Part shown: positions 29,251 to 38,790 of the stretch, piece after piece
Numbering within the stretch: the first letter of the stretch is position 1
How the letters are laid out: each line of letters opens with the position of its first letter
Origin: a virus
Length of the DNA: 64,000 nucleotides
Virus record (IMG/VR): IMGVR_UViG_3300030116_003118
Span: 20,495-84,494 of that record
Strand: one strand, 5' to 3'
Position numbers and translations under genes: made by a program
The notes under the pieces: model-generated
The model's database searches: none
What the model saw: the letters and a program-made list of their open reading frames with translations, nothing else
Told to the model about the DNA's origin: nothing

Positions 29251-29862
29251 GTGAATAAAATGAGAGTAAATTGGAACAAAAAGGATGAAAAGAAGATAGT
29301 TTCCCTTTGGAATAAAGGAACTAAAATAAAGGATATCGTTAAAGCGTTTCCAGAAAGAACCATTGGTTCAGTAACGAATAAGATATACCGTATGCAAAGT
29401 GAGGGGATTTTGGTTAGCCGACATAAAGATGGCAAGAATCCACCCTCGTTAAATCAAACAAAGAAAGGTAAAAAATCAAAGTTACCTGCCACGATTGAAG
29501 AGGCAATGAAGAAAAACATGCCTTATCTTGAGCAGGAGAGAAACTTCAGCACTAAGGATTTTACTGATTTCTTTTCTAAGGCTGATAGAGTGATGGAAAA
29601 CGATGAGTCTTCCATTTCTATCATAGCAGTAGTTAGAGAAATCGAGCAATTTTTACTGAGCAAGAACGCACAGTACGGAGATAGTGCGCTAAATCCTATT
29701 CGTGTATTTTCAAAAGCAGACAAATCTGAGCAATTGAAAGTAAGAATAGATGATAAACTTAATAGGTTAATGCAAGGCAACGCTGATTTGGAGTCAGATG
29801 AAGATGTCATCAAAGACTTAATCGGCTATTTGATTTTGTTATTAATTCATTTAAGAGAATAA
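29251..29862 (+). CDS. N-terminal HTH fused to DUF1599/Nmad1-like nucleotide-modification-associated domain
   Basis: WNKKDEKKIVSLW...RTIGSVTNKI; KNAQYGDS...RIDDKLNRL...DLIGYLILL. Confidence 0.7.
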   Translation: MNKMRVNWNKKDEKKIVSLWNKGTKIKDIVKAFPERTIGSVTNKIYRMQSEGILVSRHKDGKNPPSLNQTKKGKKSKLPATIEEAMKKNMPYLEQERNFSTKDFTDFFSKADRVMENDESSISIIAVVREIEQFLLSKNAQYGDSALNPIRVFSKADKSEQLKVRIDDKLNRLMQGNADLESDEDVIKDLIGYLILLLIHLRE

Positions 29863-30366
29863 GACTCCCCGCAAGGAGACAGGGTTTGTATGAATAAAAA
29901 CGGTAAAGTTACCTCCTATCCTATGGTAGTGGAATCTACCAATACAAGGGAATTTTCGCTTTCCCTACCGTTCCCATCAATTCCCAATCAAAGGCGTGAA
30001 GCAGATAATCCAATGCTTTCGGCACATAATGTGTGGAATTATCAATTGCCCCGCCACGTTCACGGAAGCAGACAATTAAATTTTAAACATGTTAATACAT
30101 GTTAGTGTGGTTTTAACCGAGTAATAAAAGATACTTTGCTGGGCAGCAAATCTTATTTCCTTCAAAAGGTTGTGTATCTTTTTCCACAATTAAACTCTTC
30201 GGAGCAAGGGTGTAACGAATAAAAGAATTGGCTAAAGATAGGTTTGTGTTTCGGTAAGTCTATCCTTCATCAAGTTACAAAGGCACACAGTTTTTCGTTT
30301 TGCTGTTCATATTTCCGATAACCTTATTCTAGGTTTCAAATCGGGCCTTTGCCTGCCCTTGCTCCT
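29863..30366 (+). ncRNA. Candidate structured RNA(s) upstream of the tRNA
   Basis: Perfect 10 bp stem GGAGCAAGGG (30201-30210) / CCCTTGCTCC (30356-30365) plus several nested hairpins; no convincing ORF. Confidence 0.45.
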
Positions 30367-30371
30367 TTCAA

Positions 30372-30458
30372 TGCGGGATTCCCAAGTATGGTCAAAGGGG
30401 CCGGACTTAAGATTCGGTGCGTAGTGCTTCGGGGGTTCAAATCCCCCTCCCGCAACCA
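30372..30458 (+). tRNA. tRNA-Leu (anticodon TAA) with encoded CCA
   Basis: Acceptor TGCGGGA/TCCCGCA, D arm, anticodon arm CCGGA-CTTAAGA-TTCGG, long variable arm, T arm GGGGG-TTCAAAT-CCCCC, discriminator A then CCA. Confidence 0.95.
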
Positions 30459-30482
30459 TTCAAAATAATAGATGTGATAACA

Positions 30483-31013
30483 ATGAATATATTTGTATTA
30501 GATGAAAACCCAAAAACAGCAGCACAAATGATGAACGACAAACATGTGGTAAAAATGCCATTAGAAAGTTTACAGATGATTTCAACATGTATGACTTTAC
30601 GAGGATTCAATGGCCCTTATCGCAAGTCATTTGCTTATCATCCTTGTACCATATGGGCAAGACAAACAAGTGAGAATCTTGTTTGGTTGATTGAGCATTT
30701 CAAAGCATTGTGCGAAGAATATACGTTGAGATATAACAAAGTTCACAAGTGTCAAAAGACCTTTGAACAATCAGAAGATGAGGTAAAGAAATTGATTGAG
30801 TATTTACCTAAAGATGGACTTACACCATTCGCTATTGCAATCAGCCCTGATATGTTTTGCAGAAAGGTAGAAGGCTTTGATAGTCTTTCTGCTGTAGATA
30901 AATATCGTTTGTATTATCTACATGACAAAAAACATATTGCTGATTGGAAAACAAAACCGCCTCAATGGTGGACAGACTTTTACAAGATGGAGGAAGAATA
31001 TGGGTTGCAATAA
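30483..31013 (+). CDS. Pyrimidine-dimer DNA glycosylase (DenV-related) family protein
   Basis: MNIFVLD...DKHVVKMPLES.Q...HPCTIWAR...EYTLRY.K.H. Confidence 0.75.
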   Translation: MNIFVLDENPKTAAQMMNDKHVVKMPLESLQMISTCMTLRGFNGPYRKSFAYHPCTIWARQTSENLVWLIEHFKALCEEYTLRYNKVHKCQKTFEQSEDEVKKLIEYLPKDGLTPFAIAISPDMFCRKVEGFDSLSAVDKYRLYYLHDKKHIADWKTKPPQWWTDFYKMEEEYGLQ

Positions 31014-31173
31014 GTGTATTAATGGAGTAATAATGAAACAAATTAGTTTGGCTGAATTTGTTCCAGAACCGTGTGATTGCGTAGTTGAGGATTGGTTTAA
31101 ATCCCTACGCAAGAGTTATAGCCAAGATGAAGCAGGAGAGAAACAGAATGACGAGTTGGAAAAAGACCAATAA
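31000..31173 (+). CDS. Small Cys-containing protein with PIP-like QISLAEF
   Basis: MGCNKC...PCDC; GGAGG RBS. Confidence 0.55.
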   Translation: MGCNKCINGVIMKQISLAEFVPEPCDCVVEDWFKSLRKSYSQDEAGEKQNDELEKDQ

Positions 31174-31534
31174 GACAATGTTAAGAATCCATTATTCAAT
31201 GGATAAATATAGAGAGAATGAAGAAGGAATGCCTATTGAAACGCTAGAAGGTGAGTTGGCTTATGTTAACTTACCATTTGCTTCTACGTTTCTAAACATA
31301 GAAGATAAGGATGGTAAGATGTATAGTATATCAAGAGATTGTATCTTTAAGATTGATTGGCTATCACTGCCAAAGTGGACTAAGTTAACAGAATCCCATG
31401 TAGTTGATTCAGCAAAGATGAGATTAAAGAATCTAAGCAGAGAGATTGAAGAGGAACAAAAGAGATTTAATTCTCAAGAGGCTCTCGATGATATGCTTGA
31501 CGACCATGCTAAGAAAGGAATTGAAACTACATGA
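31148..31534 (+). CDS. Hypothetical protein
   Basis: Tiled ORF; start chosen at MTSWKK. Confidence 0.65.
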   Translation: MTSWKKTNKTMLRIHYSMDKYRENEEGMPIETLEGELAYVNLPFASTFLNIEDKDGKMYSISRDCIFKIDWLSLPKWTKLTESHVVDSAKMRLKNLSREIEEEQKRFNSQEALDDMLDDHAKKGIETT

Positions 31535-31778
31535 ATATGTATAAGGCATTAAGAAGATATGGTAAGAAACCTAGAATAAGAGATTATTTACTAGGTGGCG
31601 AAACAAGCGAATGTAGTTCAGGTGATTAAAATGATAGAGATATTAAATATGGATTGGATAAAAGAAATGGAATATACTTGGAGCGACTTTAATAGTGTGT
31701 TCTTTGTATATGCAATAGGTGTAGCGGCATGTGTTGCTGTTGCAGTTTATTATAATGTAGAAATAGAAGAGTGGTAAT

Positions 31779-32048
31779 ATGAGAATGGAACCAATAGAAA
31801 CAGTTAAGAGAGAAATAGAATTTTCCTTAGTTGATGATGAGGACATGCCTCCTATTATCATTACTATGGATAGAGATGATAACCCCAAAGTAGTAATTAA
31901 TCGAAATTATGACATATGGTTGAGTCTGCACCGTAAAACCATTGGTGGTTGTGCAGAAGCATTGTATGGTAAAATAGATGATTTACTAACAGCCCATCTT
32001 AGAGACCAAAGAATGTATGAAAAGATGGATAGAGATATGGGGGCTTAA
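31779..32048 (+). CDS. Hypothetical protein
   Basis: 89 aa tiled ORF. Confidence 0.65.
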   Translation: MRMEPIETVKREIEFSLVDDEDMPPIIITMDRDDNPKVVINRNYDIWLSLHRKTIGGCAEALYGKIDDLLTAHLRDQRMYEKMDRDMGA

Positions 32049-32329
32049 ACATCAGTGGCATCGTTACAGTTAGATGCGAAACGTGTGATAAATGGATAGC
32101 ACAAGGACTAAGATGGTGCAAAGAATGTATAGAAAAACAAATAGAAGAGGAATCAAAATGATGGAATTTAAAACAAAACAAGGAACAACAAGTTTCAATA
32201 GAGAATGTATATGTGCTTATACAGTATATGTAAACAGTCAGAACCAAAGACTAGTTGATGTGCATATAAACGGTGGTTCAATATTTACCGTTTTAGCAGG
32301 GTCAACAAAGGATTTTTTGGGGTGGATGA

Positions 32330-32620
32330 ATGAGTAGATGGTTATTAGCAATGGATGGTAGCCCGGCGGCTAAAGATAAATTGATAACAAGTCTTCTTAA
32401 AGGAGAAAAGAAGGCTAAGAATGTTATAAGAGAAATAGACCACATAGCCAGTACGCTTGAACCCTACCTACGATGTGATAAGTCACATATTCTTCTCAAC
32501 GAAATATACCAATTAACTAGGCCATATATTCGTAATAAGTCTGTGGAGGAACAAATACTTGAGTTAAAGGAACAAGTCAAGACATTGGAAAAGACTATTG
32601 ATATGATGGAGGAAGAATAA
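32330..32620 (+). CDS. Hypothetical protein with C-terminal coiled coil
   Basis: 96 aa tiled ORF. Confidence 0.65.
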   Translation: MSRWLLAMDGSPAAKDKLITSLLKGEKKAKNVIREIDHIASTLEPYLRCDKSHILLNEIYQLTRPYIRNKSVEEQILELKEQVKTLEKTIDMMEEE

Positions 32621-32720
32621 TGGCTAAGTTTTATTGTGAAGTATGTGGCTTTGGTATACCATTTGGTTCAATACACAAAGGCCGCAACGGTTGTGCTAAA
32701 TGCAGAAAGGAGATGAATAG

Positions 32721-33023
32721 ATGAGAAAGTTTGTAGCGTTAGCATGGGAAGATGGTAAGGCTAGGGATTTGAAGCAGTATATCTATGTTAATAATATTAC
32801 AATGGATATTCTTCATTTCCCGTATAACGAAATGTTATTTAAGGAATTAGGTATGAAACCTGAAACCCCTGTAACATTATTTGAGGTAAAAGGAGAAAAA
32901 TATATCAAGTTGGCAGAAACCTTTGAGAACATTTATAAAATGTATCGTGGAGGTCTGTTAGACGAGATACCCGATGAAATTAACCTTGACAAGCGAGATG
33001 TGAAAAATGATGGGGATGAGTAA
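32721..33023 (+). CDS. Degenerate glutaredoxin-like paralog lacking CxxC
   Basis: Aligns by eye with the next gene (ELG..TP.TL.E.K...Y..LA...IYKM..GLL). Confidence 0.5.
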   Translation: MRKFVALAWEDGKARDLKQYIYVNNITMDILHFPYNEMLFKELGMKPETPVTLFEVKGEKYIKLAETFENIYKMYRGGLLDEIPDEINLDKRDVKNDGDE

Positions 33024-33314
33024 ATGAGAGAACTATTGGTGTTTTCAACAGAAAACTGTGAACCATGCAAGCAATTGTATAGTTACTGCCAATCAAATAA
33101 CAAATCGTGGGAGTTTGTATATCCATCTGCTTATGCAGACTTATACAGAGAGTTAAACGTAAAAACTGCTCCGACTCTTGTAGAAAAGAAAAATGGAAAC
33201 TACAGTGTTCTTGCTGTAGGACTAAATGAAATCTATAAGATGCTTGGTGCAGGACTATTAGAAGACACATGGGAAGTAGAATTAAGAGATAAAAAGGTGA
33301 ATGAAGATGAGTAG
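33024..33314 (+). CDS. Glutaredoxin/thioredoxin-like protein
   Basis: VFSTENCEPCK and cis-Pro motif VKTAPTL. Confidence 0.75.
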   Translation: MRELLVFSTENCEPCKQLYSYCQSNNKSWEFVYPSAYADLYRELNVKTAPTLVEKKNGNYSVLAVGLNEIYKMLGAGLLEDTWEVELRDKKVNEDE

Positions 33315-33436
33315 TAAAACAGTATATCAATCAGATGATGGCCCTGTAATGACCATGAGTTTAAAGGAATATCATAAGATGGTTAAAGAATTAAACTATC
33401 TTAGAGTAGAAGTAAAGAAGTTGGAGAGTCAATTAA

Positions 33437-33712
33437 ATGGCTCCTAAACTTAAACCACCAAGAATATGTAGAATATGTGGTTTATCTGAACACACAAACG
33501 GTGTTTGGTGTGATAGATTTAACCCAATCTATTTCAGTGATAAAGTGTATTATGCTAACAATGAAGCATCAGAAGGACACGCTATCTGTCTAAAGTTAGA
33601 AGCACAGGCCAAGTTATATGGTAGAAGTTCAGTTCTAACAAAGGCAAAAGATAAATATAGAAATGATAAATGGGTGTATGTGAATAGAATGCATATATCC
33701 GAAGAAGAATAA
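33437..33712 (+). CDS. Hypothetical Cys-containing protein
   Basis: CRICG...H....C. Confidence 0.6.
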   Translation: MAPKLKPPRICRICGLSEHTNGVWCDRFNPIYFSDKVYYANNEASEGHAICLKLEAQAKLYGRSSVLTKAKDKYRNDKWVYVNRMHISEEE

Positions 33713-33731
33713 AAATAGGGAGAACGAGAAA

Positions 33732-34898
33732 ATGACAGATTTAATACCAAAGCGAGCATTAGGAAATGGTCGTTGGGATAGAAAACTAAAAGAAAGAATG
33801 ACAAACTTATCAAAGGCTGATAATTATGATGATGCTAAACATGAGTGGATTGCTACCGGAAAGGTTTGGTGGCATGAAATAGGTGATGAAGATAATCCAC
33901 CTGATTGGGTTGCACAACACCAGAACAAGTGTTTATGTGGTCACGATATTGTTTATCATTTTGAAATTCATAACACTGAAACTGATGTTAGAGAATGTGT
34001 GGGTTCAGACCACATAAACTCTTATCTGATTCTTCGTGCTATTCGTGAAGAAACAGGACTAGAAGATGATTACATTACTGACGAGATGATTGAGGAATGG
34101 ATTACCGTCAGAGTTGAAGCATTGAAAAAGAATGCTTGGTGGAATATGCATGGTGAACATTTCACTAGTATGTTTGATGCAGTCAAAGATATTGACCTTA
34201 GAGTTAATGTTAGAAGAACAGGTAAGAAATACTACGATAATGTTCTAAGAATGTATAGAGACAAAACACAGATAAGAAAGCGTAGTGAAGGTAACTACGG
34301 AGAACCGGGTTATAAGATGGCTTCTATTGTATGGCGATGGAATCACCCTGATAACCCAAAGGCTCAAATTAACAAGAAAGGATGGCCTAACAAGAAACTG
34401 TATAATGACACAATGATGTTCTTTTACACACTTGAGAAGGCTAAGGCCATCATCAAAAAAGAGGATGATTTTGTCAAGGAGCGACTTGAAGATATAAGAA
34501 AAGCCGATGAAATTCAGGAGAACAGAAAGAAGGCGGCAATAGAAAGACGCAAAAGAGTTGTTGAAACCGTTGAAGAGATTACACATCAGCCTAAATTTTT
34601 GGAGATGTGTGAGTATTACGGTCTAGAACCTTTCGTTCCAGAACAAGGAAAGGACAATTGGGAGGAAAGATTCTTAACAGATATCAAACACAAGATGGTT
34701 AGAGGCAACCCATTAACAGATAAACAACTGAATAAACTATGGGAAATACTTGATAAAACAAAAAGAGATGCGACTCCCGCAACTCAAAAACAAAAAGATT
34801 ACTTAATTCGACTAGGATATGAAGGGGATATTGATAACATCAGTAAATCAGATGCTAGTGATGAAATAAGTAGAATAAGAAAGGAGAGAACACAATGA
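33732..34898 (+). CDS. Hypothetical protein with Zn-binding-like motif
   Basis: 388 aa; CLCGH...CVGSDH; C-terminal PATQKQKDYL...SKSDAS.EI module. Confidence 0.8.
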   Translation: MTDLIPKRALGNGRWDRKLKERMTNLSKADNYDDAKHEWIATGKVWWHEIGDEDNPPDWVAQHQNKCLCGHDIVYHFEIHNTETDVRECVGSDHINSYLILRAIREETGLEDDYITDEMIEEWITVRVEALKKNAWWNMHGEHFTSMFDAVKDIDLRVNVRRTGKKYYDNVLRMYRDKTQIRKRSEGNYGEPGYKMASIVWRWNHPDNPKAQINKKGWPNKKLYNDTMMFFYTLEKAKAIIKKEDDFVKERLEDIRKADEIQENRKKAAIERRKRVVETVEEITHQPKFLEMCEYYGLEPFVPEQGKDNWEERFLTDIKHKMVRGNPLTDKQLNKLWEILDKTKRDATPATQKQKDYLIRLGYEGDIDNISKSDASDEISRIRKERTQ

Positions 34899-35107
34899 GT
34901 GATGATAAGAAGAAAACTAAGGCTGACTTAGAGAAGGAATTGGAAGAGACAACTACACAGTTGCAACAGGTAAGCGGTGCTTATCAGCAACTTTTAGTGG
35001 CTAACCAAAATCTAAATCTATTAGTTAGCAAATATGAAGAAACAATAAACCTGCTTACCGCTAGAGTCCTAGAGGCTCGACAATCCGCGCAACAGCAGCA
35101 AGGTTGA
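34895..35107 (+). CDS. Coiled-coil protein
   Basis: 70 aa heptad-rich ORF. Confidence 0.7.
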   Translation: MSDDKKKTKADLEKELEETTTQLQQVSGAYQQLLVANQNLNLLVSKYEETINLLTARVLEARQSAQQQQG

Positions 35108-35160
35108 TAAGTCCGGGGCAACTAGAACGGTTCCCGGCAAGAAAAAGAAGGTGTAAAAAT

Positions 35161-35361
35161 ATGTTATTGACTATAATGAATGATACTGGACACACGACCT
35201 TAGAAGTTACGGCTGAAGAGGTTATAGACCAAATTAACGACCATCCGACCCACTGGGTTTTTATTGATGGAGAGATTACTTCAAGAGAAACAATCTCAGA
35301 AGTTAATTGGGATTCTGTTGAGTCTGTTGACTTGACACAGGCTATTGTTGGCGGCTACTAA
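35161..35361 (+). CDS. Ubiquitin-like / sulfur-carrier-like (beta-grasp) protein ending GG-Y
   Basis: 66 aa; VFIDGE and C-terminal VDLTQAIVGGY resemble the ThiS/MoaD/SAMP pattern; AGGTG RBS. Confidence 0.7.
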   Translation: MLLTIMNDTGHTTLEVTAEEVIDQINDHPTHWVFIDGEITSRETISEVNWDSVESVDLTQAIVGGY

Positions 35362-35447
35362 GCCCCTTCAATACGTCTAAATTTTTTATGAAGGTAGCAG
35401 GGCGTACCCCTTGCGCTCTGCTCCTTCGCCCTAATGGGGGTGTAAAT

Positions 35448-35834
35448 ATGATAAGTGAAGATAATTTTAATTTCATAACCACATCTTATTTTCCTAAGAT
35501 GATGGAAATTTTTGGATGGTCTGTAAAGGATTATAATACATATAATAATCTAGCAATAGTGCGAGCAGACTTTTATCCCATCGGACACATACTAGGTTTT
35601 AGTAAGAAAGCAGTAATAGTATGTGATGGGAATATGCTATTTGTTTATAATGGCAAAGAATATGAAGACTTTTCACAACTTTATGAAGAACTGGGGGATA
35701 AAGCGTATGATACGTTTCCTGACTGGGATATTAAGGTTGAGAAAGAATGGCTAATAAAAGGGCTTAACGGAGAGTGGATTTATTCATTTTCTAATCTAGT
35801 CCAAATGCCGTATAGAACACAGGTGAAGTGCTAA
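35448..35834 (+). CDS. Hypothetical protein
   Basis: ORF with GGGGGTG RBS before MISED. Confidence 0.65.
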   Translation: MISEDNFNFITTSYFPKMMEIFGWSVKDYNTYNNLAIVRADFYPIGHILGFSKKAVIVCDGNMLFVYNGKEYEDFSQLYEELGDKAYDTFPDWDIKVEKEWLIKGLNGEWIYSFSNLVQMPYRTQVKC

Positions 35835-37708
35835 TGAAACAAGAAGAGACAGCGAGAAATATAATGAGTGGAATAACTCATTATCTAAAATATGCAAAAT
35901 ATATAGGAGCAGAACAGCGAAAGGAGACATGGGAAGAAACTGTTAATAGAAACAGAAACATGCATCTAAAGAAGATGGGTCATTTAGGCCCAGAAGTCTT
36001 TAATGAGATAAATCGTATTTACGATGATTTCGTTATGACAAGAAAGGTTTTACCTTCGATGCGCTCCATGCAGTATGCGGGGAAACCGATTGAAATTGCA
36101 CCCAACAGTATTTACAATTGTGCTTATTTGCCAATTGATGATATTGCTTGTTTCCATGAGATATTCTTTTTATTACTCAATGGAACAGGTGTAGGATTTT
36201 CAGTCCAACGACATCATACTATTCATTTGCCGGAGATTAGAAAGCCTAATCCAAAGCGAAGTAGAAAGATAGTTGTTCAGGATTCTATCGTAGGTTGGGC
36301 AGATGCTATCAAGGAGTTATTCCGTTCTTACACAGGAGAACTAACTCAAAGCCCCCGCTTTATTTACGATGATATTAGACCTATGGGTGCGCCTTTGAAA
36401 ACAAGAGGCGGAAAAGCCCCCGGCCCTGAACCTTTAATTGAATGCATGACTATTGTAGAAAACATGCTTAGAGTTAAAGAAGATGGAGATAGGTTGACTC
36501 CGCTAGAATGCCATGATATTATTTGTCATATGGCTAATGCAGTTACAGCAGGTGGAAATAGACGAGCCGCATTGATATCATTATTCAGTGCTGATGACCA
36601 TGAGATGCAAACTTGCAAGTCTGGACAATGGTGGGATGGTAATTCACAAAGAGCAAGAAGTAATAACTCAGCAGTTATTTTGAGAAGTAAAGTAACAAAG
36701 GATTACTTTAATCAGTTGTGGGATAAAATAGAAGAATCTGGTTCTGGAGAACCCGGAATCTATTTTACGCATGATAAAGATTGGGGAACTAATCCTTGCT
36801 GTGAAATCGCTCTTAGACCCTATCAGTTCTGTAATCTTACAGAAATAAATGCTAATACTGTAGAAGACGATAAAGACCTGTATGAAAGAGTAGAAGCCGC
36901 AACAATACTAGGAACATTACAAGCATCCTATACTGACTTTTATTATCTAAGAGATATATGGAGAGAAACAACAGAACGTGATGCTTTGTTGGGTGTATCT
37001 ATGACAGGTATCGCATCTCAAAAAACTGATTTGTTAGATGTAACAGGTGCGGCTTTGAAGGCTAAAGAAATAAACAAGAAGTGGGCAGATATACTAGGAA
37101 TAAATCCTGCTTCAAGAATTACTTGTGTAAAGCCTTCAGGAACTTCTTCAATGGTATTGGGAACGTCAAGTGGTATTCATGCTTGGCATTCTGAATACTA
37201 TATTAGAAGAATTAGAATTGGTAAGGAAGAACCAATTTATAATTATCTACTTCAAAATCATCCTGAATTGATTGATGATGAAGATGGTAATCCGGCGGGT
37301 GCAGTAATTGAGATACCTCAAAAAGCCCCAGACCATGCATTAACTGCCGATAAAGAGAATGCATTTGAGTTCCTAGAAAGAGTAAAGAACATGACTATTA
37401 GATGGGTTAACCCCGGACACAGTGATGGTCAAAATACTCACAACATTTCTGCGACTGTCTATATTAAGGATGGTCAATGGGATGAAGTTGGAGAATGGAT
37501 GTGGTTAAACAGACATTACTACAACGGCCTTTCATGTTACCCGGAGTTTGCTGTTTACAAGCAAGCACCGTTTGAAGCATGTGATAAGGCAACGTATGAA
37601 AAGATGCTTCAATCTTTGAAAGACGTAGATTTAACTAAGATTGTAGAATTTGATGATTCTACTGATTTTAGTGACCCCGCATGTGGTGGCGGTGGATGTG
37701 ACATCTAA
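35834..37708 (+). CDS. nrdJ: Ribonucleotide reductase, class II (B12-dependent) type
   Basis: ETWEETVNR, PSMR, NCAY, GGNRRAA, TNPCCEI, FCNL, KPSGT, C-terminal CGGGGC pair; no beta subunit seen. Confidence 0.85.
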   Translation: MKQEETARNIMSGITHYLKYAKYIGAEQRKETWEETVNRNRNMHLKKMGHLGPEVFNEINRIYDDFVMTRKVLPSMRSMQYAGKPIEIAPNSIYNCAYLPIDDIACFHEIFFLLLNGTGVGFSVQRHHTIHLPEIRKPNPKRSRKIVVQDSIVGWADAIKELFRSYTGELTQSPRFIYDDIRPMGAPLKTRGGKAPGPEPLIECMTIVENMLRVKEDGDRLTPLECHDIICHMANAVTAGGNRRAALISLFSADDHEMQTCKSGQWWDGNSQRARSNNSAVILRSKVTKDYFNQLWDKIEESGSGEPGIYFTHDKDWGTNPCCEIALRPYQFCNLTEINANTVEDDKDLYERVEAATILGTLQASYTDFYYLRDIWRETTERDALLGVSMTGIASQKTDLLDVTGAALKAKEINKKWADILGINPASRITCVKPSGTSSMVLGTSSGIHAWHSEYYIRRIRIGKEEPIYNYLLQNHPELIDDEDGNPAGAVIEIPQKAPDHALTADKENAFEFLERVKNMTIRWVNPGHSDGQNTHNISATVYIKDGQWDEVGEWMWLNRHYYNGLSCYPEFAVYKQAPFEACDKATYEKMLQSLKDVDLTKIVEFDDSTDFSDPACGGGGCDI

Positions 37709-38045
37709 ACACCACATAATAAAAAACTCTAAACAATTAGATGCTATTTGGCCCATGATTTATGAAAAGGCAAAAGAAGAGGTAAAGATACCAACGTCTA
37801 CCTATGTAGGACATTATAGGGATGAATATTTGTATCATAATAGAGACACCGCTTTGAATGCCCTTTGTAGATATTACGAAGATACAGTAAGTGGATTAGA
37901 AAGCATAAAGAGTTTTTTGGGGTATGTCCGAAGACTATTTATAGTATCAGGAATAGTACCCTATGATAGTGAGTTCGATAAATTAATTGAACTGTATAAC
38001 GATATTGGAATATATATAGAAGTGAATGAAAATGATGATTTGTAA
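37650..38045 (+). CDS. Hypothetical protein (start uncertain)
   Basis: Tiled ORF. Confidence 0.55.
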   Translation: MMILLILVTPHVVAVDVTSKHHIIKNSKQLDAIWPMIYEKAKEEVKIPTSTYVGHYRDEYLYHNRDTALNALCRYYEDTVSGLESIKSFLGYVRRLFIVSGIVPYDSEFDKLIELYNDIGIYIEVNENDDL

Positions 38046-38448
38046 ATGTGGAAACAACAATTTTGAACTAATGATGAACGCCAAACTTAAATGCACTAGT
38101 TGCGGTAAGTTTTGGAATCCTTTTTCTAACCAAGAACACAAGGTAATGGAAAAGGATGGCTTCCATTTCTTTTGGGTAGTGATGAGAAATCATTTCCTAG
38201 AGAGATGGGACAGACAATTACCAGACCTAGAAGAAGAAGACTTGTTAAAAGACTGTATTCAACTAAAGAATGTCAGTAAACAAAACAAGGCTTACTTTAC
38301 ACCCTATCGTGGTGGACACCTTTTCTGGAAGTTTAAGTTTAACAGAAAGTTAAAGAGACTAGAACTGGAATTGATTACGATTACTTCAACTAAGGTAACT
38401 GAATTGAAGTATGAAAAGAATCCTAAAAAGATGGATATAAAATTTTGA
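38026..38448 (+). CDS. Zn-ribbon protein
   Basis: CKCG...CTSCG. Confidence 0.65.
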   Translation: MKMMICKCGNNNFELMMNAKLKCTSCGKFWNPFSNQEHKVMEKDGFHFFWVVMRNHFLERWDRQLPDLEEEDLLKDCIQLKNVSKQNKAYFTPYRGGHLFWKFKFNRKLKRLELELITITSTKVTELKYEKNPKKMDIKF

Positions 38449-38457
38449 GGAATAAAT

Positions 38458-38790
38458 ATGAATGATGATGCAGTATTAAAGTTGTATGAAGAATTGAATA
38501 AGACCCAGATAATTAACGCATATAAAAAGTATCTTGAGGATAATAAAAGATATAGAAAAAAGAATGACGGATTCAAGGGAAGAGGTCAACCAAAGTTAGA
38601 GCGACCCAAAATATCTAACGTTACTTTATCTTGGAGAGAGTTTAGAAGATTACCCAAAGCATCTGTTATAGTGCATACTTTTAGCGAAGGCTGTGATACT
38701 TTGTATCTAACAAGTCTTAAGAACAAAGGTTTCTTTAAAGAAACTAGAGAGTGGCATCGTAATTATGAGGGTGATGCTGATGCTAAGTAA
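38458..38790 (+). CDS. Basic hypothetical protein
   Basis: 110 aa; GAGG RBS. Confidence 0.65.
   Translation: MNDDAVLKLYEELNKTQIINAYKKYLEDNKRYRKKNDGFKGRGQPKLERPKISNVTLSWREFRRLPKASVIVHTFSEGCDTLYLTSLKNKGFFKETREWHRNYEGDADAK

Noticed and set aside
29043-29258. ORF with a natural His6 run
   Set aside because: By-product of the AT tract and (CCA)6 repeat; TTG start with no RBS
30417-30482. N-terminal extension of the glycosylase ORF in the track
   Set aside because: Overlaps the tRNA-Leu; the family-typical start is MNIF at 30483
30649-30656. Additional CCATATGG copy
   Set aside because: Inside the conserved CTIW codons of a CDS, lacks the final T and flanking boxes; probably chance
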